Assembly (NCBI GenBank): GCA_002269645.1
Contig: NIVC01000378.1
Coordinates: 48,352 to 112,351, forward strand
Direction: 5' to 3'
DNA length: 64,000 bases
From: Macrostomum lignano
Taxonomy: Eukaryota
Shown: piece by piece, positions 1 through 11,262 of the stretch
How the letters are laid out: each line of letters starts with the position of its first letter
Position numbering within the stretch: the stretch's first letter is position 1
Position numbers and translations under genes: made by a program
The notes under the pieces: generated by a model
What the model saw: only the letters and a program-made list of their open reading frames with translations
Databases searched by the model: none
Told to the model about the DNA's origin: nothing

Positions 1-269
1 TTCAGCTTCCTGTTAGTAGCAATTTCTCTCAAAATATGGAAACCAGATAAACTTGAGTTGTCTCTTAAAAGGAGCTTCAGAAGCTTAGAAGATACAAAAG
101 AGAAACTCTACTTTCAATGGAAACTCTTATACATTTTCTTATACAGTTTTGAAGTTCTTATACATTTCCTAGCAGTGGTCTATGGCAGTAACAACTAGGA
201 AGTCTTGAAGCAATGAAATAGAAATACTACGAGCGTAGATTCACGCTAGCCAAACATAGCCAAACTTAC

Positions 270-360
270 CAGATCGCTGACCATCGGGACAGCTCTTCGA
301 CGGTTCTTCACTTCGGGCACCATTTCAATGTTGTCGAAAAATGACCTTGTCGGGCCGACT
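270..360 (-). CDS. unc-13: unc-13 shared exon (91 nt) upstream of the C1 domain; gene continues off the left edge
   Basis: AATCAACAG| ... CTG|GTAAGT. VGPTRSFFDNIEMVPEVKNRRRAVPMVSDL versus Munc13 IDSMPDIRKRKPIPLVSDL. Confidence 0.88.
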
Positions 361-514
361 CTGTTGATTGATAGTGAATTTCAACTATGAGTTTGAAAAT
401 TTCTAAATCAATTTCACAAAATACTACTTAGAGACAGGCCAACAACTGAAATTAAAATAACAATTATATTCTAGCTAGTGTCAGTTCAATATCCGACCGT
501 TTTTTAGTACTTAC

Positions 515-561
515 CTGCGCTTTCGCATTTCATCAGTGCCCCCGTCTGAGTCCACTGTCGC
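515..561 (-). CDS. unc-13: unc-13 shared exon (47 nt)
   Basis: AATCCGCAG| ... CAG|GTAAGT; ATVDSDGGTDEMRKR(R), phase 0 to 2. Confidence 0.8.
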
Positions 562-1204
562 CTGCGGATTAGTAAAATAATGGATAGAAAAGTAAAGTTT
601 TTCCAGGCAGTTGGGCCATCATTCATTTTCTATCTCGAACCTGCAAGTTGGAACGCTTCTCAACAATAAATCAATAATTTCCATGGGAATACTAGTTGAG
701 CAACCTGGCGAGTAGGAGTTCTCCCCTGCCCAGCGATAATCCTCTCTTTCCAACCGCAAAAAAATATCATCGCTGATTTACAGCCTCCAAAACTTTACAA
801 CTGACACTTAAATGGAAAATTGTTTCTTTTATTTCAAAATAAGATTCGACGATAGTCTAATCGTAAATAACGCATATTTATGCAATTTAATGTTGCACTG
901 ATTAATTATTATTAACTACGAATAGAATGTCGTACGCTAACTACAAAAGCGGTCCTTGGTATAACGAGGGGATTAGGAGATCAGCTTTGGTTGGTCTCTA
1001 CCCCAGAGTAATTGCTAGGTCCACCAAGAGATAAATCCTTGGTCAGCAACGGTCCCATGCCTTAGAGAAAGGTCTGGAAGGGGGAAGGTGGTGAAGACGC
1101 AATTTATCTTTGGTCCCCCGTCCGCCAACTCAACCGCGGAACTACCGCCTCGATGAGTGCAGACACAGAAATCACCCTTCAGGAATTAGGTTACCTTAAA
1201 GCTG

Positions 1205-2092
1205 CTGAGAGCCGTTACGCACTGATAGAGGATAATACACTCCCAGTGATAGTGAGGGCCGTTCCACACTCACATGCAATCACAGCTCACAGTGCTGGCG
1301 GAGCCGTTCCAAACTATCAGAGGAAAACACACTCCCACTGCTAGTGAGAGCCGTTCCACACTGTCAGAGGATAACACACTCCCAGTGCTAATGAGAGCCG
1401 TTCCACACTGTCAGAGGATAACACACTCCCAGTGCTAATGAGAGCCGTTCCACACTGTCAGAGGATAACACACTCCCAGTGCTAATGAGAGCCGTTCCAC
1501 ACTGTCAGAGGATAACACACTCCCAGTGCTAATGAGAGCCGTTCCACACTGTCAGAGGATAACACACTCCCAGTGCTAATGAGAGCCGTTCCACACTGTC
1601 AGAGGATAACACACTCCCAGTGCTAATGAGAGTCGTTCCACACTGTCAGAGGATAACACACTCCCATTGCTAGTGAGAGCCGTTCCACACTGTCAGAGGA
1701 TAACACACGTCCAGTGCTAATGAGAGCCGTTCCACACTGTCAGAGGATAACACACTCCCAGTGCTAATGAGAGTCGTTCCACACTGTCAGAGGATAACAC
1801 ACTCCCATTGCTAGTGAGAGCCGTTCCACACTGTCAGAGGATAACACACTCCCAGTGATAGTGAGAGCCGTTCCACACTGTCAGAGGATAACACACTCCC
1901 AGTGATAGTGAGAGCCGTTCCACACTGTCAGAGGATAACACACTCCCAGTGCTAATGAGAGCCGTTCCACACAGTCAGAGGATAACACACTCCCACTGCT
2001 AGTGAGAGCCGTTCCACACTGTCAGAGGACAACACACTCCCAGTGCTAATGAGAGCCGTTCCACACTGTCAGAGGACAACACACTCACAGTG
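1205..2092. repeat. 47-bp minisatellite, about 18 copies
   Basis: GAGAGCCGTTCCACACTGTCAGAGGATAACACACTCCCAGTGCTAAT. Confidence 0.97.
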
Positions 2093-2147
2093 AAAGACGA
2101 CCCTAAGCGCTCAATATCTCTTTTACTGGTTCCTTCTTCCCTAAATT
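2089..2147 (-). CDS. unc-13: probable small unc-13 exon of the alternative N-terminal module
   Basis: Strong donor ACT|GTGAGT at 2089/2088; acceptor at 2147 or 2140. (FR)EEGTSKRDIERLGSSFT, phase 0 exit fits exon 515-561. Confidence 0.55.
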
Positions 2148-3031
2148 CTGAGCTACAGAAGTTTTGGGCTTAAGAAGTTTAAAAGTCTTCGACGATGTAA
2201 ACTTTATGTTTGTAAAAGCGACCCGTTACTGCAAGCGAGGGATGAAAATGAAAGGGCAGATGCAAGCAAAGATCAGTGCAGAAGTGGCTTGCCCTCCCAT
2301 TAGCTTTAGTTCCTAGCCGGGGTCAAGCGTGTTTGCTAATGAGAAAGTGAGCTCGAGAATGGCTTCAGCGAAAACACACATTGAAAATATCTTGGCAGGC
2401 TTTTGCACCGCTTCTGCTTTCACTGGATGTAGGCGGAGTAAAAGCAAATAATGGGAAATGAAAAAGTCAATCAATAAAATACGGACTTTTTATTTCTAAG
2501 AAAGACCAATTAGACCTGCAAACGATTGTACATAGTTCGAACTATAGTTCGATTCGTTAAACCTAACTCTTAACAAGGTATAATCCAGGGCGTCACTTTG
2601 TCCAGAGAGATCGGGTGAGACAGTTTGAACCTGTTCAATGTTCATTCATCCCCAAATCAGCAGGTCCAGTAATGAGAGCGGAGAGCGACGACGCTTCCAG
2701 TTCTATCCGGTCTGGATTTCTGCCTGACGACGAGGATGAGAGCTCATGCGCCACGCTCGAGGAAATATCTAATTGTGTCTGGGTCGATATCCGATCCTGC
2801 AATTTTTTAATATTCCTCTTGGCCAAGCAAACACAGAAGAGTTGATCATAGAGTGGGGCATTTGATCCTTGAGGACAAGGCAGGACGAAATGTAGAGCAA
2901 GGTGTGGCTAGCAGAATAAACAATAGTACGTAATTTAGAAAGCAATAATATTAATAAATTCACACATTGTTGTTTCATAACTTCGCGCACGTACGACGCA
3001 ACTGTGCTGCTGTATTTTTAAAAATTCTTAC

Positions 3032-4885
3032 GCTACGCTTGCTGTCGTCCTCGCGACTTTGGCAGCTTTCGATTCTGTCCAATGGATGCCTTCGCTCGGG
3101 CATGCTCGCCGCAGATCCCACTAGCGTCTTTGAAGATGTCGCTGACGTTGACGCTTCCCTTTTTGTTGCCTCGTCACCAATGGGAAAGTGAGCCCGAACC
3201 AGACTGGCGAATGTTCCGGCGGGAGAGCGGAGCTTGGCCGGTGAGGTTCGCGACGGAATCGAAGAAGGCATTGGCGAATCGATGGTTGCTCGATCATTCT
3301 CAAGAACAGACGTCAATTGTTTTCTTAGTAGTGGACCGTCGTCCTGTTGTCTTTGCAACTGCGGCGTGTCAGCTGTATTTTCCTGAGCGTCATCTCTTTC
3401 AATTTCGTCCATGTTGCTGCCACGCTTGTTAATATCTTCTTCCCGATAATTGTCCTTCTTTGTTAGTTCAAAGCCTTCTTGGAATTTTTCTAGAGCACTG
3501 GTTTCCGATAGTTGGTCTTTTTCCGAATCATCATTCCAATGTGCGTCGTCAGTGACCGATGCGCAATCCAATAGGCTTTCCTTGCGCCTGCCAGTGTTTT
3601 CGCCGCTGTTTTCAAACGACTTTTCATTATCGCACAGATTTGAACAAGGAATGGAACTTGATTTATCGGATCCCAAGCTTCCATGCCTGTTATTAGCTAG
3701 TTCGAATTGATTGAGGCTTTCGGCTTGACTCTGCCGGCCTTTTTCTGGATGATCGATTTGGTCCACTGTTTGGTCTTGTCTTATTAGAGAAAAGCCATGA
3801 TAAGCAGGTGTTTGGTTTTGGCTACCCCACGGTTGGTCAGAAATCTCTAGTTGACTATCGGTGGAGTACCGTGTTTGACCATGCTGGTCAAGTATTTGGT
3901 TAGTAGTATCTTCTAATGCGCAATTAGTGCCAGCTGCAGGACTTTCTGAGTGATCTGCATTGATGCGAGCTGATGAAAGGCTAGAACATTTTGGATCTTC
4001 GTCGTCTTGCCTGTCAAGATTATCGTAGGGCGACCCACTCTCCTCTCGTTTCGTAGCAGATTCGGCCAGGTGCCTCATACTTGCCGACAAAGATTGAAAC
4101 GGTCCCGCTATTAAATTGTTCCACTCATTTGATATGCCAGTGGAACCAGATGGCAGTGCTGGCCTAGATGTTGAAGACGACGTTGACGTCGTTGAGCCCG
4201 TTGGTGTAGCGGTGAGGCTGTCATCCAGGATGGCGGTCTCGCGAGCGTCGTCCCATTGCGTGTCGAAGAATACGCGAACGGTAGGCGGCTGCGGTGGCGG
4301 CGTTGGAGTCTGTTGCAGTGCTAGCACAAGAGACGAAGCCTCCGGCGGCTGCGAAGTCGGCATCCCGCAATTGCATTCAGCAAACTGGCCGAGCGGATCA
4401 CCCGGATCAACCAGGCAGGCCTGAGGATCGTGCTTCTGGCACCAGCTCTGAGATCTGAGCTGCGGCAATATTGGCGTCCGACACCACAGAGAAGTAGAAG
4501 AAGCTTGACATCCGATAGTGCCGGGAAACAGCTCAGCTTCAAGTGAGTCCAAATCTGAACTGGATCCGTCATCAATTGGTTCGGTCTTGTTATGCTCCTG
4601 CTGGAGCTGGTACTGGTGCTGCTGTTGCTGCTGCGACCCTCCATTAGAGCCGTAAGGCAGTCGTAAGTGCCGCAGCGTCCAAGACGCTGGCGCTAAGCGA
4701 GACGGTGACTGACATCGAGCCGCCGCCCTTCGCAGATAAGGATTCTGGCGCTGCGCCTCCTCTAGTTGGAGACAGTCGGGGCAGACGCAATTGCAGCAGT
4801 ATCCGCAATAATTATCATCGTTGACATTGCCGCCGCTGCCGTTGCCGCAAGTGCAGATGCAGTTGCAACAGCGCTCGTCAGACAT
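3032..4885 (-). CDS. unc-13: probable alternative first coding exon of a C2A-less unc-13 isoform (3' boundary uncertain, about 2992 or 3032)
   Basis: 636-aa non-repetitive ORF from ATG 4885, preceded by TTTAAATAG| acceptor 5 nt upstream. Candidate donors AGC|GTAAGA (3032) and C|GTACGT (about 2992). Lies between exon 10 and the shared exons. Confidence 0.65.
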
Positions 4886-5969
4886 GCAAGCTATTTAAAC
4901 AAGCTGCACCTTCTTTAGTAGATTTTTTATTATTTTGAAAATTATTACAGCTTTTTCGTGAGATTTGGCATCTCTGTCTCTACCTGATGATAGTTGGAAA
5001 GAACCAGTTGCAGAAGCGAGACTATATTTCAGAACAGTCAGGGGGTGATCAAACAGCGAATGACCCTGTCAGTTGCTGATTGGTTGGCTCTCGATATAGT
5101 ATGCTTAAGCTTGTAGATAGGGAAGAGGGAAGGAAAAAAAGTGGGCACTATAGTGCGCGGATGACAAGGATAGGAGGATATCGATGAGAAAATTGCAGTT
5201 TTGAGCTATCGGATCGAGTCCAGCGTCCCGTACATTTTCGAGAGCTGTGCCAATGTCAGCAAATTGCAGTATTTTTCTCTACTGATAATCTGTGCGTTTT
5301 GCTTGACTTCTCTAGCTCATTTTATGTTAAAATGAGAAAATGAGACTGGAAGTTAGTCGAAGCGCTTTAGGGGAACGACAGCTACATCCGGGATGCACTG
5401 CTGTCGGCCTCATTTTCGTAAATGTGTGTAGATCATTTTAAAAATAGACGAAAACTTTTTCCTTAGCTAATGGCTGTTTTATTTATTATCAAACACTGTA
5501 TGAATTTGAACAAGCCAAGTAGAGCATTTGCTAAGCATCCGTGCTACTAAGCGCCCTGTATTGCAGCAGAGACAATAAAGTAGAGCGGAAATTTCACAAA
5601 TTTTCCTACTGACAAGAAAATTGGAATATTAGTACACGGATAGACCGAAGGGAAACTGAAAGCATCAAACATGGCTAAGAGTCACAGTGACTTGTCTCGG
5701 AAACTTTTTCCGGACTTTTAGCCTCAGCAGCATCAGTTGACAATGAAAGACAGTGCTGCTCCGGGTGAAGAAATTTTCCGTTCTTATATCGATGCAAAGT
5801 TTCATAGTATGCTTCTAAAAAAACGCTATTATACTTTATGCCAGGAGTTGACATACTCTCTTACCTCAAAGGGAATATAGGGAAGAGGCGAGAGTGGAGA
5901 TGACAGGAGAAAGTAGAGATGAAAGGGCAGAGGACAGAGAACAAGAGCTGAGAAGAGACAAACAATAAA

Positions 5970-6175
5970 ACTATTGTTAAGTTTCACCAACTAGGAGGCT
6001 TCGCTGACCCCTGATGGTCTATCATCCTATATTCACATGGCTGTGAATCGCACGACAACCCACTGGCCAATTTTCGCGCACACAAGACCCAGCTGAATGT
6101 GGCTGCGCTCGAAAGCAAACTCTGGGAACTTTTGCGATGGACAGAGGGATGCATTACCGCTTCGCCACTCAGACT
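5970..6175 (-). mobile_element. possible degenerate tRNA-derived SINE
   Basis: Minus strand starts GAGTGGCGAAGCGGTAATGC (A-box-like) with only a weak B box; about 200 bp long. Confidence 0.4.
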
Positions 6176-6941
6176 TTTCGGCTAGTTCATAGCTAGGTTG
6201 GTGCAAAAAATTAATTTAAAATCGTGAATATCGTGATGTTGAAACGATTGTATCAATACTAACCTTATACGACCTAAAAGTCCCAGAAAAAAGACAAAAC
6301 AGTCAGTCTTTACTCGCAGATTTCCCCTTCAATCAATGCTAAAATCCTTGTCTAGGCTAATTTTTGTCTAGCTAGAAGGCACTCTGCTCAGGTAAGTCTT
6401 TCGCCAGACAAGCACTAGGTGGTGCCAATCATCTGCACTACTCTGAACGATGTCTAAGAAAAAGAAAAACTAAAAAGTGAGGACGGTTCTGGAAAGTACG
6501 TATTGCAGAGAGGTGTGGGAGAGAAACGACTCTATTGATGGAAATCCATTGAGCTAGTTGTTGGGCTATAATGTACACGCATGAATAGCTCACATTTGCA
6601 GTTATAGATTGAGTATATTGGCAGCCAGAGCAGGCGGATAGGGAATGAGGGGGTTGGAGGTGGCGAGGCAGAGGGGAGCCTTAGAGAAAAATAATTGATA
6701 AGAAGGCTTGTTAGACGAAACAGGGGGACTCTGCCAAGTCCGATACGAAGTTGAGAGGGCCGGCGTAGCTGCTGCAACCAGGAGTTCTAAAATTAGCGGA
6801 TCTCTGGAGTAAAGACTCAGATAGCCATGTTTTCGTGTTACGGGACTTGTATTTCTATTACAAACTTTCACTCAATTTTTATCCTTATTTTCCATATCGA
6901 ATTGAAATCGAAATTAATGCGGCACTTCTAAGGTACAAGAA

Positions 6942-7062
6942 TCTTTCTCGTCGCTTGACTTTCTCGTCGCTTGACTTTCTCGTCACTTGACTTTCTCGTC
7001 GCTTGACTTTCTCGTTGCTTGACTTTCTCGTTGCTTGACTTTCTCGTTGCTTGACTTTCTCG
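6942..7062. repeat. 16-bp minisatellite
   Basis: GACTTTCTCGTCGCTT, about 7 copies. Confidence 0.9.
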
Positions 7063-7475
7063 TCGGCGAGCAAGTGCGCAGTCTGTTGCCTCGGGCTTTT
7101 TAGTTCCACGGACATTTTTTGAATCAACTTCTTATAAAGTAAGCGAATAGGCCTATTAGGTCAGGCTGCGTTAAAAGTGTAGAAAATCTCTTTCTTTGTA
7201 AAGTAAAGGCGCAAGAAACGCGCTTCTAGTGCGATAGTAGCTCTAGCTCTAGTGCGAAGTCAGCTAGTTTCCATGCCTACTTTTAAAGCACCAAGGCCCG
7301 GCCGAGGGACCTATTGCAATACGTAGAAGAAAATAGATGTCTGGGATTGAGCTGAGGTTAACAGCTAGAGATTATTGCCAACCGAACGTGTTGCATTTCG
7401 CAAAAAATACTAACTGGGTTGTTGGCTTAAGAAAAGCACGCGCGTACCGTACATGCAAGCTCGTACAATCCTTAC

Positions 7476-7662
7476 CGCGTTTAATTGCGAACAGATTTTA
7501 TCTACGGCTCCTTGCCATCTTAGCCGGCTCAACGAGTAGCCACTAGTAGTCACGTTATTAGCTTTATTATCAATGTTGTCGCAATGATTCCGATCGAACA
7601 GCTGCTGTTCCAATCCAACATGATTGCTAGGCATAGGACCGTTGCTTTCCGTGTGAATGTCA
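7476..7662 (-). CDS. unc-13: unc-13 exon 10 with calmodulin-binding-type helix
   Basis: CCACTTTCAG| ... GCG|GTAAGG, 187 nt. Ends SLSRLRWQGAVDKICSQLNA, same W-x3-hydrophobic-x2-hydrophobic spacing and exon-end position as Munc13 RAKANWLRAFNKVRMQLQE. Confidence 0.85.
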
Positions 7663-7824
7663 CTGAAAGTGGTGAGTGGGGGCAAGACAACCGAGTGATA
7701 CGTTTTTATCAGAGCGTAATCGGTGTGATACATGTATTTAATGACTAAATATACACTAAACATGTTTTCTAACGGATCGTAATAACCCGAAGTACCCACT
7801 TTTAACAAACATATTTCTACTCAC

Positions 7825-8763
7825 CTGCCAGCGATTTCCAAATGATTAGCCGAGACATTGTTCGGAATAGGTACAACTGTTTGGTCGCGACGATTCAGCA
7901 GAGATGACTCAGAATTTGATCGGGATTTTGGGGGCGATTGAGACGGAAGAGAATTGATGGGAGTCAGAGATTGAGAACGGACGGGCGGCGTTCGATTCAG
8001 CGATTGAGACGACGATGGAAGTGGCGAATGAGATGACGAATGTAGGGTTGATTGAGATTGCGACTTTAGCGACGCTTGAGGAGATGAAGGTGACACCTGA
8101 GGCAGGGACTGATGCAACACCTGAGGCGGAGACTGATGAGACACCTGAGGTGGAGACTGATGAGACACCTGAGGCGGAGACTGATGAGACACCTGAGGTG
8201 GAGACTGATGCGCCACCTGAGGTGGAGACTGATGAGGCACAACTTGAGGCGGTTCCTGACGAGATACCTGAGGCGGAGACTGACGAGATACCTGAGGCGA
8301 AGACTGACGAGATACCTGAGGCGGAGACTGACGAGATACATGAGGCGAAGACTGACGAGATACCTGAGGCGAAGACTGACGAGATACCTGAGGCGGAGAC
8401 TGACGAGACACCTGAGGCGGAGACTGACGAGATACCTGAGGCGGAGACTGACGAGATACATGAGGCGAAGACTGACGAGATACCTGAGGCGAAGACTGAC
8501 GAGATACCTGAGGCGGAGACTGACGAGACACCTGAGGCGGAGACTGATGAGACACCGGCTGCGGCGAATCAGCAGGTGTCGGTGACCAGTTTTGCAGCTC
8601 AGCATCCTCGTCAAAAGGAGCAACAGGTTCAGCTTCACCTGTGCCACCACTAGATGCGGTATAACTGCTCGATGCAGGAGAGTCTGGACGCGGAAGCTGA
8701 TAATTAGTCACCATGTCGCTATCATTTCTCAATTGCGCTTGATCTGGCGATTGCCTCTGATGT
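7825..8763 (-). CDS. unc-13: unc-13 exon 9 containing 8-aa tandem repeat
   Basis: 54-nt intron 8764-8817, then TCTTTCTTTAG| ... AG|GTGAG, 939 nt. Equals ORF 7821-8732 extended 5'. Confidence 0.82.
8090..8560 (-). repeat. coding 24-bp VNTR (SPPQVS[R/H]Q)n
   Basis: CCTGAGGCGGAGACTGACGAGA(T/C)A, about 19 copies inside unc-13 exon 9. Confidence 0.95.
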
Positions 8764-8817
8764 CTAAAGAAAGATTGAAATAAAAAATACTAGTGATTTT
8801 CCAGCACTCCTACTTAC

Positions 8818-9423
8818 AGTAGCTGAAAGGTTGCAAAATTAGCTACAGACCGCTCCAACGATTCAGTAGTCGATTTTTGCGACGTCTCGTCGGTTGCATC
8901 CGCCTCGTCGGTGTCGTCATAGTCGGGGGGCGGTTCAATCGGCGTGATTGAGTCTGAGCTGGCGCTGTCCGCCGCCGAGTCCGCAGCGCTGCTATCGTAG
9001 TCTGGCTCCGGGTAAGTCAGCGGAGGACTATTTACCATCACGGCTAGAGGCCGGGGACCTCGCTGCAATACCTGCGGTGGGTAGTGCCGCTGGATGTACT
9101 CGTACGACAGGCTGGGTCCTTGGGATTCGTAAATAACGTCGAGAGACTGAGTACTGCTAGCGTCTTCATCATTTGGCTGCTCATTTGTAGACGCTGGAGA
9201 AGGAGACTTCCGGTCGGGCGTCGGAGAGAAACTTCTAATCGACTCGCTGACAGGGGATCCGAACCTGGCGTAAGGATCAAGGCTGGGCGTCGGGCATCTG
9301 GACTCTTCATCGTGGAGCTGGTGGTACAGCGGGCTGATGTATGGCTGCTGACGGTGTTGGGACTGCGGTTGACTCTCGAATCGGTACGATATGGCGCCAC
9401 TGCTCTGGAGCCGGCTCGGGGCT
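8818..9423 (-). CDS. unc-13: unc-13 exon 8, Ser/Pro-rich linker
   Basis: GTTTCAG| ... CT|GTAAGT, 606 nt open in the phase-2 frame (APSRLQSS...YPEPDYD...PPPDYDD...FQL). Contains ORF 8814-9068. Confidence 0.83.
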
Positions 9424-9544
9424 CTGAAACGATCGAGTCACGTGACTGGCACTGAGTGCTATACCTAACAGACTTGCAGATTCTCAAATTAATATGATTT
9501 ACTTGAAGATTGATGCCCGAAAATTTAAAATGCTGTTTAATTCA

Positions 9545-10430
9545 ATGTAACTGTAGATTGATAGAGTAGAGCTGTAGAGTGATAGAGTAGAACTGTAGAT
9601 TGATAGAGTAGAACTGTAGATTGATAGAGTAGAGCTGTAGATTGATAGAGTAGAACTGTAGATTGATAGAGTATAACTGTAGATTGATAGAGTAGTACTT
9701 TAGATTGATAGAGTAGAACTGTAGATTGATAGGTTAGATCTGTATATTGATAGGTTAGATCTGTATATTGATAGGTTAGATCTGTAGATTGATAGGTTAG
9801 ATTTGTAGATTTATAGGTTAGATCTGTAGATTGATAGGTTAGATCTGTAGATTGATAGAGTAGAACTGTAGATTGATAGAATAGAGTTGTAGATTGATAG
9901 AGTAGAACTGTAGATTGATAGAGTAGTACTTTAGATTGATAAAGTAGAACTGTAGATTGATAGAGTAGAAATGTAAATTGATAGAGTAGAACTGTAGATT
10001 GATAGGTTAGATCTGTATATTGATAGGTTAGATCTGTAGATTGATAGGTTAGATTTGTAGATTTATAGGTTAGATCTGTAGATTGATAGAGTAGAACCGT
10101 AGATTGATAGAATAGAGTTGTAGATTGATAGAGTAGAACTGTAGATTGATAGAGTAGTACTTTAGATTGATAAAGTAGAACTGTAGATTGATAGAGTAGA
10201 AATGTAAATTGATAGAGTAGAACTGTAGATTGATAGAGTAGAACTGTAGATTGATAGGTTAGATCTGTATATTGATAGGTTAGATCTGTAGATTGATAGG
10301 TTAGATTTGTAGATTTATAGGTTAGATCTGTAGATTGATAGGTTAGATCTGTAGATTGATAGAGTAGAACTGTAGATTGATAGAGTAGTACTGTAGATTG
10401 ATAGAGTAGAACTGTAGAGTGATAGGTTAG
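9545..10430. repeat. 21-bp minisatellite
   Basis: GTAGATTGATAGAGTAGAACT and GTAGATTGATAGGTTAGATCT variants. Confidence 0.96.
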
Positions 10431-10515
10431 AATGGCAGATAATATATTTAAGCTACTGCATTTCATCTACCCGCACCGTTTTAGATCCCACCAATGTAAT
10501 GAGCTGTGAACTTAC

Positions 10516-10575
10516 TTGTCCACTTCGCTGCATATCGGAGGGCACTGGATGTACTCTTGCCAATATTCTTTGTAT
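10516..10575 (-). CDS. unc-13: unc-13 exon 7 (60 nt)
   Basis: GCTTTCAG| ... AA|GTAAGT, phase 2 to 2. YKEYWQEYIQCPPICSEVD(K). Confidence 0.72.
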
Positions 10576-10984
10576 CTGAAAGCAAGCACAGTAAGCAGTA
10601 TTGCAATAGCATAACCAGTGTAGAGATTCTCTCGGCAATTCCGCAATCTAACGCTTAAATCTACACAACTGTAATCGATTTACATTTAGAATTTTCGATA
10701 AAAAGGCGAGCCGCAGGAAACATTTATGCAAACTATTTAGTAAGCCGATGTTATTAAAGCCTACAGAGAGGCGCATTTTAAAAGTACATTAGTTCAACGT
10801 TAAGCGAAGTGCTCACCGCTCAAAATACGCATTTCTGTGCCCGGTTTGATTAGCAGAATCTGCCGGCTTATCTTGCCAACTGGAATTAACGAAATTTTTA
10901 AATGATTGAATTGAATTTTGCAATTGAGCTGTTAAATTCATTTATTCAAGTCATGGACAACTCTAAAGTACAAGATAGGACATG

Positions 10985-11262
10985 TCAAGTGACGAGTGAC
11001 AAGTGACAATTTAAAGTGACAAGTGACAAGTGATAAGTTAGAGGTGACAATTAAAAAAGTGACAAGTGACAAGTGAGAAGTGACAACCACAATTGACACG
11101 GGATAAGTTGCAAGGAACATGTGACAAGTGACAAAGTGACAATTAAGTGAACAGTGACAAATGATAAGTGACAAGTGACAAGTTATAACTGCCGAGTGAC
11201 AAGTGACAAGTGACAAGTGACAATCATTAGTGGTACGTGATAAGTTGCAAGAGACAAGTGGC
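10985..11262. repeat. degenerate 7-bp repeat
   Basis: (GACAAGT)n. Confidence 0.85.

Noticed and set aside
1140-1185. TCGATGAGTGCAGACACAGAAA hammerhead-like string
   Set aside because: CUGA is altered to UCGA, there is an extra base before GAAA, and stems I and III are missing.
8015-8653. Overlapping plus-strand and alternative-frame ORFs over the VNTR
   Set aside because: By-product of a 24-bp stop-free repeat; only the SPPQVS frame fits the splice phases.
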